Source: Felis catus (Eukaryota). Taken from it: DNA of 64,000 bases. The notes under the pieces were generated by a model. It did not search any database. It worked only from the letters and a program-made list of their open reading frames with translations, and was not told the DNA's origin. Below, in pieces: positions 1-13,464 of this stretch (position 1 is its first letter; the number at the start of each line of letters is the position of its first letter). The stretch is taken from NCBI RefSeq assembly GCF_018350175.1, contig NC_058368.1, positions 78,432,001-78,496,000 on the forward strand, written 5' to 3'. Both the position numbers and the translations under genes were made by a program.

Positions 1-90
1 TGTGTCTCCCTCTCTCTCTGCCCCTTCCCTGTTCTCTCTCTCTCTCTCTCTCTCTTAAAAATAAATAAACATTAAAAAAATTAAGAAAAA
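1..90 (+). mobile_element. Can-SINE (SINEC_Fc-type), 3' end cut by the window edge
   Basis: TGTGTCTCCCTCTCTCTCTGCCCC...(CT)n...AAAATAAATAAACATTAAAAAAA tail typical of feliform Can-SINEs. Confidence 0.9.
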
Positions 91-240
91 AGAATAGATG
101 TAAACAAATCTAGAGAATAATACCCACTAAGAAAGCAACAATCTCCTTCCTCTCCATCATACTTACCCCCTCAGATCTAGAGTGTTCTTAGACCCCTAAA
201 AGTTTATTCTTAACATTTTAAATAATGCTTTTGTGGTGAG

Positions 241-1136
241 TGATGAAGTTTTGGGGTGATGGCGGGGTGGTCTGGAGCCGACGGCCAAGAAAGAATTCTT
301 GAAGAGGTCTTTGGTGCAAAAAAGGTGATGTTATTAAAGCACGGGGACAAGACCCGTGGCCAGGTAGAGCTGCGCTGGTTCCTGATGGGTTAACTCATTA
401 TTATCTACCCTTGGGTTGGGAGGGCGTTAGGGATAGAGTAAGTGTTTAAGGTATTTTAGAAGCAAGGTTTCCAGGACCTTGAGGGGCTAGCTGTTGCCAG
501 GGAAATGCCACTTATATTACCGTTCAATAAAACCTCAGTTACGAGACCCTTCAGATGCATATTGGGGGGTCATAAGCTTATAGCATGATCGCCAGCATGT
601 ATCTTGGGGCAGTTGAGATAAAGGAAATAGGCTTACAGGGTCATTGAGGTTGGGATCGTGTGAAGCCAAGATTCTCTTTTGTCCCCAGAAAAGTGTCATC
701 ATCGAGGCAGCTGAGGGAGGTCACTCTACCAGTCTCAAGGACTTGTCAGTGAGCTGTAGGCAGTAAGGGAATTTACATTTTCATTTGCCTTAGTTTCCCA
801 CATCACCATGGCAAGCACTTAAACCCCTTACATCTTAATGAGGGTGATATCAGGGCCTCAGGAGACAGAGTCTATAGGTTTCCGGAGATTGGGCTCTGGA
901 TAAATTGCCTTTTTCTTGCAGTTTAGTAAGTTACCAGTAAACTGAAGGGGACCGCTGTCCTGAATGACTGTGATCGCTATCAGTCAACCATCTGCTTTCT
1001 TTCCTTTTTTCTTTCCCCTGTTCTTGGGCGGCCAGGAGTGTCTGAGGAGTGTCACACAGATCCCACCTGGCAGGGGTGGGGGGAGGGTAAGGTTAGCCTG
1101 TACTCTGCCTTCAATTTGCCCCATGCTCCCTCATCA
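241..1136 (-). mobile_element. Solo retroviral LTR (896 bp)
   Basis: Termini TGATGA...TCATCA form an inverted repeat with TG..CA ends. Exact 5-bp TSD GTGAG at 236-240 and 1137-1141. No PBS or internal sequence adjacent. Strand inferred from a degenerate minus-strand polyA signal near 330. Confidence 0.85.
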
Positions 1137-2679
1137 GTGAGGATGGCATTTAACCCCCCAAATGAACATTTTATAGTGGAATCTCAGTACTAGAGTAAAC
1201 AGAGGGCGAAACTGATAGGTTGTAAGATACTCTTGGAACATTTTCAGATCTCAGTCACCTGGCATCTGTTTCTTTAAAAGTCCCACGAAATGGAAGTTCG
1301 GGCTAGCGGTCATTGACGCAGTCTGGCATTTTAAAGAAGGGACAGAGCAAGACAAGTGCATAGAGAGCTGAAGGCAAAATTTTTCTAAATGCAAACGTAC
1401 AAAGCTTGGCAAGAAAACGGTGAGGACATAATGAGAAAGAAACCATTCTGATAGGCAGCTTTGAACTTGTTAGTGTTTAATATTGTCATTTTTATCTCTT
1501 GAGGTCATAGTGTTAATAATAATTTTTAAATCCATTCGGACTGATATAAATCAATTAGTCATTCTGGATTGTCTCAGCTCGACAAGCAGGGGCTGGGGTG
1601 GAAATAAAGGATGCCCTTAAATGCCAAGGGGCAGAAGCCCCACATGACCCAGAACAAGAAGAGATCCAGAGAATTCAGTATTCAGGTTCGATTTTTCCGG
1701 AAAGTGGCAGATGTGCATTGTAGTGGTCTGTGGATGGAAATCGTGCGATTCTCTCGCTAAAGACTTCGGTGTGGTTCCTCCAGAAAACAATTCACTGCCT
1801 CCCCCCACTATAGCTTATCTTTTCGTCCTTTGGGGATACCATTCTTTATTCAAAGAGACCAAGTTTCATTTGGCTGTGTTTCAAAGAACCTGGAATTCTA
1901 TGAGGACCAGAGGAGAAAGGACGCCATTGTGCCTTGGCAATTTGTTAGCCTGAAAATAGAGCTCAAAGTCTCTGTCAAGTGCAGTGCTTTCTTGGGTAAT
2001 CCTCTGAGAGCCATTCTATTTAAAGTCAAAACAGAGCCAGGGATGCATTTAACCTCTCCCCGGTGGCTGTGAGAGGTCTCTCCGCTGAGTAAGGCACTTA
2101 TGTCCAAAGTGATATACACAAATGTTCAAAACTACCTAACGTCAAAGAAGACAGATTGTGGGAAGCATCTGACATATTTTGAACTTTGATGTACAGGAAA
2201 CAGGCTAGTAAAAAGTGTCCTGTCGTTGAGTCTAGGTAATTGAAGATTCAGTGAGTTGAAGCCTGAAGAGAAAAAAAAAGACAGGAAGATGAATTCGGCT
2301 TTTCTTTTCATCAATATACTATTGACAGGATGACTAACAACACAGCCCCTGGATGAAAAATCGTGAGTAAGGTTAACAGATTCACTGGTGAGCACTGCCC
2401 ACTGGCTTTGCTCTAACGGGCTTACCTTGGGGGCACATCAGCTTTTACTGAACATATTAAATGGAGAGTTGGTATACAATGCTTTATGCTGAAAGCTTCC
2501 CATGAGTCGTTCCATTAGCAATCATTTGTTAGTACACGCAATGTGTATGTTAGACTCACGGCGTTAGAAATAGAAAAGACACGGACGCTCTTCCCAACGA
2601 ACACTCAGCAGTGGGGGGGGGGCGCTAGATTCCCTCCCCCACAGAATGGACCCGGGGAGACCTTTGTTACCTGATACCC

Positions 2680-2840
2680 TTAGCTCTGCACTTGTGAGCC
2701 ATCAGCAGCTGGGCAGGAATCCTGCAGCATTATCTGATGACTCCCTGACATGGTCGTGTTGGGCTCTGTTCCTCTGCAGGTGAAACCCGAGGAGGCATCC
2801 CGTACAAGGGACTAGTCATCCAGGAGGGTGTCATGACCTC
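2680..2840 (-). mobile_element. MIR relic
   Basis: Degenerate match to the antisense MIR core (GCATTATCTGATGACTCCCTGAC...TGCAGGTGAAACCCGAGG). Confidence 0.4.
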
Positions 2841-3038
2841 TAGCGCAGGTGGCCAACTGCTCGCTGTTAGTGTTTAACACCCCTCCTGAGTTACAGGCAG
2901 CAGATACACTTAGGGTCAGCAAGCACTTTAGCCATTTGAGGAATGGTTACAGCTTAGAGCTCTTGGCAGTGATGAGCTCCGTTATGCTTTTTTATTTTAT
3001 AAGGATGTTGGGCCAGGCATAAGATGTCGCAAGATATT

Positions 3039-3249
3039 AAAAAAATTTTTTTAATGTTTGTTTATTTTTGAAAGAAAGACAGAGCATGAGCAGGGCAGGG
3101 GCAGAGAGAGAGGGAGACAGAATCCGAAGCAGGCTCCAGGCTCTGAGCTGTCAGCACAGAGCCCGACGCGGGGCTCGGACCCATGAACTTCAAGATCACG
3201 ACCTGAGCTGAAGTCGGGCCCTTAACCGACAGAGCCACCCAGACACCCC
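3039..3249 (-). mobile_element. Can-SINE (SINEC_Fc-type)
   Basis: Full-length antisense SINE; degenerate TSD GTCGCAAGATATT / GTTGCTGTATATT. Confidence 0.95.
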
Positions 3250-3409
3250 GTTGCTGTATATTCTTATGCCCCATCTCTACCTGAGAGAAGGGGGTGTTTT
3301 CACTTCTCTGACCAACCAAATAATTTTTGAGAAACTCTCATTGATGTGAAGGTGTTTCCATGGTCTCAGGAGACAAATCCATATAATACTCTCCCCCAGA
3401 TACAGTTTG

Positions 3410-3659
3410 CCTTTACTGTGGTAAGAACAGAGAATGTGAGATCTACCCTCCTAACAAATCTTTGTGTACAATACAGTATTGGTAACTATAGGCCCGTGTG
3501 GCACCCCAGGTCTCTGGAACTCATTTGGCGTCTTGCAGAGCTGGAATCTCCTGTCCCTTGAACAACTCCTCCTCATTCCCTCCCCACCCCCCAACCCCTG
3601 GAAACATCCATTCTACCTTCTGCTTATTTATTTTTTAATTAATTAATTAATTAGTTAAT

Positions 3660-3691
<32 letters not shown>

Positions 3692-3860
3692 TCACAAGCA
3701 GGCTCCGCACTCAGTGTGGAGCCTGACATGGGGCTCAATCCCATGACCCTGGGGTCATGACCTGAGCAGAAATCAAGTCGGGTGCCCAACCAAATGAGCC
3801 CCCAAGCGAACCCCGCTTTCTACACATGAGAAGTATCTAAATAGTCAAACTCATGGAAGC
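3410..3860 (-). mobile_element. Old L1 3' end (L1MA-like) with a short inverted 5' segment, interrupted by a SINE
   Basis: 3410-3623 is an antisense L1 3'UTR (GTGGTAAGAAC...ATCTACCCTCCTAACAAAT...ACAATACAGTATTG...CCATTCTAC). 3822-3860 is the adjoining L1 segment in sense orientation. Degenerate TSD CCAGATACAGTTTG / CCTGATACATTTG. Confidence 0.7.
3624..3814 (-). mobile_element. Can-SINE, older subfamily
   Basis: T-rich tail, (GA)n, AAGCAGGCTCCGCACTCAGTGTGGAGCCTGACATGGGGCTCAATCCC. Confidence 0.9.
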
Positions 3861-4129
3861 TCCTGATACATTTGAAACCCAGCCATTCATGCCTCCGACA
3901 GGAAAAGGGATATATAGTCTGTGTCTCCATAGGCTCTTGAGTTAACTGATCACATGAGTGGATTCCAATATGAGGCAACTCTGTTTCTTTGTTCACTTGT
4001 TTAGCTGAACATCATCCCTTGATTTTCTGTTTTGGTGTTGCTTGTGTAAAACCACAGTCCCGTGCCTTGCTTTCTGGACCACAACTCTTGAAGACTCATC
4101 CTTCAAGCCACGTGGGGGATCGTGAGACA

Positions 4130-5100
4130 GATTTTAATTGGCAGCCTGTTATGTGTCATCCTGTTTTAGTTTTTGGGAGATGTGGTATGGAACAAGACAA
4201 AACCTCTGCTTGGTGATTTCACTTATATTCCAGGGAGGGCGACAGGAAACAAGTGGGTTGAACGCATAAAGCACACATTATACATAATAGTAATATGTGC
4301 TTGGGAGAAGATATAAAAGAGGGAGGAGGCTTATGAAATGTCTGAGTCCAAAGCAGGAATGAGCTCGGAGTCTCTGATAGTTCAGTAGTACAGAGACACC
4401 GAGCCTCACAGAGCGAGTGACTTCTGAGTTAAAACTGATCGACGAGTAGGGCCGGTCGTGTGGCAAATAGTGGACCAGGTGCTGGTGGACAGCCTGGCAT
4501 GTTTGGGGAACGGAACACTGGGGTGGAGGGGATGTGGGGAGAGGTCGGGAGGTGAGGTCAGGAGGGCCAGAGCAGCCCGTAGGGAGAGGGCCTTATGGGG
4601 ATGGAAAGGAATTTGGCTTTTTCTCTGAGATGGGAATCGGTTGTTGAGTCGTGCACAGAGCAATGCCAACATATATTTTAACAGGTTTATACTGATGGTT
4701 GTGTGGAGAATATAGCATAGAGAAGCCGTGGCAGAGGCAGGCAGGAAGTTAGAAGTCAGGGCAAGATTAAACCCAGGGTGAGTGATGGCCTTGACCAAAG
4801 AGTTGGCCGTGAGGATGGCGGGAAAGACAACAGGACTTACAGCTGGGGGGAAATGCAGGTGTGAGAGTGGTGGGGAGGCTCAAGAGTGAGGGTTTTGCTG
4901 GACCGGGTTACCTTTGCCTGAGGCTGGGAAAAGTCATGGGGTGATATCCTGTTGGCAGGAATATAGAAGTCTGCGTTAGGGCGGAAGTTTCTGATGATTC
5001 CCAATGGAAGGACCAGGAGACAAGTGGACATATGGTTTCTGGAGTTTGGGGAAAAGCCTAGACTATAGATACACAGTCGGGACTCATCCTCTAACACTGT
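4130..5100 (-). mobile_element. L2 LINE relic
   Basis: Purine-rich antisense L2 3' pattern (GGAACAAGACAAAACC..., GGAAAGGAATTTGGCTTTTTCTCTGAG..., ATATATTTTAACAGG...GGTTGTGTGGAGAATA). Confidence 0.6.
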
Positions 5101-5148
5101 GAAACCGGGTGATACCAGCTAGAGCATGAATAAGATTCAAAAAAAAAA

Positions 5149-5341
5149 TTGTTTTTAAGTTGATTTTTGAGAGAGAGAGAGGGGGGGAGGCGGAGGGGCA
5201 GAGAGAGAAGGGGACAGAGGATCCGAAGCAGGCTCTGTGCTGACAAGGGACAGCCCCACGCAGAGCTAGAACTCACGAACCGCGAGATCATGACCTGAGC
5301 TGACGTTGGACACTTCGCGGACTGAGCCACCCAGGCGCCCC
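5149..5341 (-). mobile_element. Can-SINE
   Basis: Antisense SINE ending ACTGAGCCACCCAGGCGCCCC. Confidence 0.95.
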
Positions 5342-5639
5342 TGATTTTTTTTTTTTTTTAATCTTCATCAGAAAAGACAAAGAGGCAGAGATGGCAGCAG
5401 AGGCTTGGCCACCCTGGAATGTTCGGAGCCGGCCCCGGGGCGGCTACAGGAATGTCAGAGGAATCCAAGCACCAGCCTTGGGAGCGGCTTCTACTCCAGC
5501 CTCACAGTGGATCATCTGGCCTGGTTAAAGGTGGGTCTTGGGTGTGAATATCTCAGACCTACAGGCTCCAAGTCTTCGTTGTCTGCACAGGAGGGGACTG
5601 AGGCAGCAGAGGTGAAGTGTGCACTCACCAGCAGTTCCG

Positions 5640-6040
5640 CCGACGCAAAGATCCGGTCACAAAGGTCACTAACTGTATTCGCCCGTGGAAACACTGCCGC
5701 AAAACTGAGCATTTCAGTCTGTTCTCGATTCTCTCATTCATACCCTGGGGTTAACAGCTAGACAGTCGGGTGTGGCGGTGTTTGTTTGGGTTTGTTTTCG
5801 ACAGATAAACGATATTTCTTTTCACAATTCACAGGAAGGTTAGACTACCTGGTAAGCGACGAATCCTTCCTGTGAAGAGATAGGAAGTGTATAGTCACGT
5901 GTTTTTCTTTCACCGGAAGCGAGCGTGGTCCCGGTTTGCACTAGTGTCGCAGACGAGCGTCCGGAAGGTGTCTGCATGATCTCCGTTTGCACCAGTGTGT
6001 TCTGGTGGTTACTTAGTGACCAGCCGATGAGGAACTATTT
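5640..6040. promoter_or_regulatory. Candidate enhancer or alternative promoter (ETS, E-box, nuclear-receptor and GATA motif cluster with locally elevated CpG)
   Basis: AAAGGTCA 5661-5668; AGATAA near 5803; AGGAAGT 5882-5888; GTCACGTG 5894-5901; CCGGAAG 5913-5919 and 5961-5967; TGAGGAACT 6028-6036. Confidence 0.35.
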
Positions 6041-6656
6041 TCACCCCTATTGGGGTTTACTTATTTGCAGCAAACACAAATTAAAAAAAAAAAAGGAGAA
6101 AAAACCCAATTCCCTTCCTGGAGCCTCCATAATGATATTCTTTTTAAACTACATTTTGACTCATGCCTCCCGCATTTAGAGAGTGTGCTGCTAAAAATAC
6201 CATCTGGGACAGCTGGGGGTGGATGGCAGGAATTACAGCTGTTCTGGGGTAAACTTTTGATCCTTTCCACCAGAGGACCAGTTGCTAATCACTGCCATAA
6301 CAAAGGTTTTCTTTTTCTTTAAAAAAACCGAACCGGTAACAACAGAATTAGGCCTTTTGTGCCTCATGGATTCCTTTAAAAACCCCTCATGATCCCATGC
6401 CGTGGTCTAATGAGGTGCATAAATGATGCGTCTGCAGAGTTGCAGTGGAGGGACTGACAGTGAAAAGCTAAAGAAAGATACAGAGCACAATTGCATAAAC
6501 TGCTAGTGAGAGACATAATCGGGAAGCCAGGCCAAAAATCTTAAGTAGATTTGCAGATCCGTTTACAAAGGGGTAAGATACAGATGGCAAGCACGAATGC
6601 TGGTCATCCCAAATCAGCCTTAGTGACTTGGTCTGGGCCATAACTGAGTGCTTTCA

Positions 6657-6835
6657 AATAACATTTACCGAGCACCCACGGCCACCCAGGCGTTTTGCCA
6701 GGGCCTTTGACATCCATGCTTTCATGTGGTCTATGCGACAAGGTTTGGAACGTGGGTTACTTTCCACTTCTTATAGGTGTGGGGAACGTATCCTCACCTA
6801 GGGTAAAGTACTGAGCCCAAGCCACAACCTCAGTT
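6657..6835 (-). mobile_element. MIR relic
   Basis: AATAACATTTACCGAGCACC...CCACTTCTTATAGGTGTGGGGAAC...GAGCCCAAGCCACA resembles antisense MIR. Confidence 0.55.
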
Positions 6836-6877
6836 TTTACAGGTGCACAATATAAAATTATGAGTTACAATCTAAGC

Positions 6878-8965
<2,088 letters not shown>

Positions 8966-10166
8966 AGAATTATAAGCAGTCCAAACTAAGGACGAAAGAA
9001 GTGAAGGGAATTCACATGGTGTGGCCCCCAAATCCATGCACGATATGGGGGAGACTCCCAGGGCATACCCTCCAACAGCAGAGCACAGATGTCACCTATA
9101 TACCAGAAAGAGGGCACACTGAAACGAACAGGTTGTGATTTTTGAATCACAAAAGCACTGGCACTACTGTTTTTACCACTAAAAGGAGGTGACAGTGACA
9201 TTCCGTGTGGCACATTATTAGACAAACTGTCTGTAGAACTATAAAAGTGTATACTTAGCAGGCATTTCAACAATAGCCAAAAATTAAGAATAATAGCGCT
9301 CTTTGTAGAGCGCCCATATATTTGCTCTGAATTAATTTCTGCTAATGCCGTTTTGCTGGAACGCTAATGTATTCGGCTAGGGCAGAGGTGTGACAGTGAA
9401 TCACGCGGCAAGGATTTTCTCTGAGAGCTCCTCGCTTCTCTTGCATTACCCCTGGCTTTAATGGCCTTGGTGTCAGTGATGACAACCATGGAGAAAAGCA
9501 AAAACAGAAATCACAAAAATGGGCCTTAAAGGGCAAAATGAAGTTTATCTCCCTGGGTAGTGGATGGTTGACCTGTGATCAGGGCTGGAGATGATACCGC
9601 CTACGTTGTGGGCCCTCACACCTGTGATGACCTTGAGTCCTACGATTTGACCCCCAGACTCTGCTTTGTGCCTATCAGGACACAACGCAGGGTCTCTATG
9701 GCCAGGTTTCCCACTCTGTTGAAATGAAGAAAACATGGTTTGTCTTGACTGCCCAGGGGACTCTCCTGTGGAGCCAAGGTTGAGACTCACAGGGTTGGGG
9801 GATTTCCAGAGGACATCTACTGCACAATGTGCTGTCTCCCGACATGACTCCACGGTCACTGAGGAAGGCTATTCTCCCCAGAAGACCTCGGTTTCAGACA
9901 TATCAATACCCGTACCCCACGCTGTGGCCCTCCCTCCGGTGGATCTGCACAGATTACAGGATAGCATGGACCCGCTGACAACTTGAAGCCTAAAGAAAGG
10001 ACTTACAAAGGAGGGATGGCATGATGTCTAGGAGACAAACACATGTTACACATTTTTCCCCAAGAGCCAGTTCAAAATACAAAGTGTCTAAATAATGAAA
10101 TGTTGCTGACCCATGGGAGAAGGAGCCATTTATTTAATTTCTGTGCATACTTCAAGATTCAATTTT

Positions 10167-10373
10167 AAAAAAAATTATTTGTGTGTTTATTTTGAGAGAG
10201 AGAGAGAGAGAGGGTGAGCTGTGGAGGGGCAGAGAGAGGGAGAGAGAGAATCCTAAGCAGGCGCTGCACTGTGAGGAGCCTGAAGCAGGGCTCAAACTCA
10301 CAAACCGTGAGATCACGACCTGAGCCAAAACCAAGAGTAGGATGCTCAACCGACTGAGCCACCCAGGAGCCCC
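10167..10373 (-). mobile_element. Can-SINE
   Basis: Exact TSD TCAAGATTCAATTTT at 10152-10166 and 10374-10388. Confidence 0.95.
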
Positions 10374-10399
10374 TCAAGATTCAATTTTTAAAATTTTTC

Positions 10400-10522
10400 A
10401 TTTCTTTATTGAGCTGCACTTGACATGCAACATTACATTAGTTTCAGGTGCACAATGTAATGATTTGATATTTGTGTACATATTGTGAAACGGTCACCCC
10501 CATAAACCTAGTTAACATCACC
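10400..10522 (-). mobile_element. L1 3' terminal fragment
   Basis: TTTATTGAG...AACATTACATTAGTTTCAGGTGCACAA...GATTTGATATTTGTGTAC, the antisense L1 3' end. Confidence 0.8.
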
Positions 10523-12059
10523 ACACTTGGAAGATGGTTTTTAAAGATTATCCCAAATTTAGGGAGTGGAGACAGTTAAGGCATAAATGAAGAATTTAGA
10601 ATCAGTGTGAACTTACTGACTGTATCTTGATGAGGTGACTCAGTTATTCTTTGGATGGGTATGGTAGGCTATCCGGATGGCGTTAGAAATTTTATATATT
10701 TATTTCCTGCACAAAAATGTTTACCCACTCAATCCTTGAGAGTCCACACGATCCAAGGAGATTTTAAAGACGTCCTTGAAAGACAGCAATTCATTTTTGT
10801 GGAGGCAGCCGGCAGCTACCTATTCATCAACGGAGCAATTAGCAGTTAGCAGTCCCATTTACAAGACGGGAGTGTCAACGATACTATTTCACAGTTGGTC
10901 TGAAGCACCAGGAAAAGCAATTTCTGTGTGGACTTTGCCTTCCCTCTGTCACGGTTCGTCAAGTTCAGCAACAATATTCATGTAACGGATACATCCTGCA
11001 TAAATACGGACAGAGAGGGCTGTCAATGCTAGGATATAAATCTGGCAGGGGTCTGCCTTTAACCTCTGAATTTTGTTTTGGGGATGAGCAAACGACACAG
11101 GAATCGGAGTAGCAGGTGCTGAGTGCCTGGGACTTATTGTCTGCACAGGTCCCATAAGAAAGGCAGGGCAGGTGTATGAGCTGTAATAAACCGTCTTATA
11201 TCCTATGCCTTCTTGCCATCCACACACCTGAAAACTCCTCTTTGCCTGAATGAATGTGACAAGCAAATACCTGAAAATTATTTAGATCATCCAGGTTCCC
11301 ATAATCGAGTCCCGAGGTTTATTCCTTATCAATGTCACTTTGAGTTCTCAGGTCCCTTTCACACCATCGAGCTGATAACTCTTGGGCAAGCACAGGAAAT
11401 GGATGTATTGGAAGTCCCAGCTCTTGGGCATCCTAAACGGGCCCAGAGGGGTGGGGGACTGAGGGCATCGAGGCTTTCTGTTGGAGGAAGGAAGGGGGTT
11501 GAGCATTCTGTGTTTCTATTCTGAAAATATACACAGAACCGATGCAGTTTTTGTTCAAGAGCAGAGTGGTCAGCCACCTTCCTTAGGCAGAAAATAAGGC
11601 TCGGGGAATGTGAGGGTGAAACGGATTCCAAACAGGAGCAGAGCCAGTGGCGATGCGGAGGGGGCAGGTGGGAAGACCAGCTGAGGACACACGAGGGCCA
11701 AGTGTTGGAGCGACAGGTGAGGGCGCTGGCCGTGGTTCGCACGTCTTGCACCTGCCGGTCTCAGTGCAGGGCGGCCACACCAGTTGTTCACGTGATGGGT
11801 GGGAAAGAGCAGGTGGTGGGAGATTACACAGCCGGGACTGTCATGATGGGGCCGTGACAAATGAGCGACCAGTTGTCTGAGCGGCCCCGCGGCCTCCAGT
11901 ATTCGGGTGTGGAATGTAGAGCCCGGCAAGGAGTGGGTTTATTCTTGTTTGCCTCTGTGTCCCCTGTACTAACGTACAAGAGAACGGACGGGAGTGTACA
12001 CATCCACACGTACTTTCATCTACACAGTGTGCTGATTCAATGCCACTCGCCTGCATTCA

Positions 12060-12200
12060 GCATGTGGGTCTGAACGCCTGTCGCACCGCCGCCTCCCAGA
12101 TGTGTGACAATCACATACCCTTTCTGTGCCTCCGCTCCCGCGTGTGGGCACCTGGATTATGACGGCAACGATTCATGAGGTCGTTGTGAGGGTCAAACAC
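12060..12200 (+). mobile_element. MIR relic
   Basis: GATGTGTGAC...CTTTCTGTGCCTC...CATGAGGTCGTTGTGAGGGTCAAA resembles the MIR core. Confidence 0.55.
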
Positions 12201-12789
12201 ATGGATTTTGGAGAAAAACGCGAAACCAGAAAACGATGGCAGCTACTACTTTCTCAAAAGCCTTTTAAGCAAGTAGACGAATACATACCATCATGAAGCC
12301 ACTGAATCCTTACCGCTCCTCCAGCCCGGCCGCTTCATCAAGTGAATTAGCTCAGGGGCAGAGGTACGGTGCTCAGACTAAGCTTCAATTTCATGGATGG
12401 TATTCATCTCATTACCAGGAATGCGGCAAACAAACAAACAAACAAAATGTGAAAAGTTGTCTTTAAATATAAAATTAAGGGAATGTCCCACAAGTTCCAT
12501 GTATGCTTAGGAAAGCAAATGATGCTGGAGGACTTACGATAAAAGGACGTTGTCCTCTGATCCAGGGTTTCTCACTCTCAGCCTTTACTCCAAAGCAGTG
12601 AGTTCTTTTTTAAGTGGAAGAATCACGTGTATGTACAGGAAAAGGCACAAATTATCAGTATCCAGGTGGATTTTTGCAGAGTGAGCACAGCCGAGTAACT
12701 GACACGCAGGCTGAGCTATAGAACAGCTTTGTTCATGCAGTCTCTCAACCACACCAAGCGGCCACTGGGCATTTGCACTGGCCTTGCTC

Positions 12790-13311
12790 ACAAAAACTGG
12801 TAATTGGCTCAGTTATTGGACAACATTTAAGTACACTGGGAACAGCCTGAGTGTGTGACTCTACTTTTCTATGTACAAAATGCAAGTATAGGTCAAGGAT
12901 TCCAGTCGAAAAATTAGCATCTGAATTGAGGAGGGCCATAAACATTAAAAAAAAAAAAAACTGATTGCAAAGACTTGGTACAAAAAATCTAAAATATCTC
13001 AGTAGTAGCTATAGTGATTTCATGTTGGGTTAAATAAAGTGTATAAAAATAGTTTTATCTGTTTCTTTGCACTTTTTAAAAATGCTGGGGCGCCTGGGTG
13101 GCTCAGTCAGTTGGGTGTCCAACTTCAGCTCAGGTCATGACCTCATGGTTTGTGGGTTCGAGTCCCGCGTCAGGCTCTGTGCTGACAGCTTGGAGCCTGT
13201 AGCCGGCTTCAGATTCTGTGTCTCCTTTTTTCTCTGCCCCTCCCCTACTCATGCTCTGTCTCTCTCACAAAAATAAATAAATATCAAACAAAAATAAAAA
13301 ATGTGGCTACC
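12790..13311. mobile_element. hAT-Charlie (Charlie1/MER33-like) DNA transposon relic, split by a SINE
   Basis: AAATTAGCATCTGAATTGAG...AAGACTTGGTA...AAAATATCTC...TTGGGTTAAATAAA...TGTTTCTTT...AAAAATG [SINE] TGGCTAC matches the recalled MER33/Charlie1 consensus. Confidence 0.65.
13087..13300 (+). mobile_element. Can-SINE (SINEC_Fc-type)
   Basis: GGGGCGCCTGGGTGGCTCAGTC head, A-rich tail. Confidence 0.95.
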
Positions 13312-13312
13312 A

Positions 13313-13408
13313 TTTTTTAAATTTTTTTTTGTTTTTATTATATTGCTTTTATTTTTTTATTTTATTTAAAATTTTTTTTTTGAAAGAGAGAGAGCATGAG
13401 CAGGGGAG

Positions 13409-13464
<56 letters not shown>

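Noticed and set aside
2780..2848. Possible 69-nt exon after the strong acceptor CTCTGTTCCTCTGCAG
   Set aside because: The donor CAG|GTGGCC is weak, the segment appears MIR-derived and the peptide is not recognised
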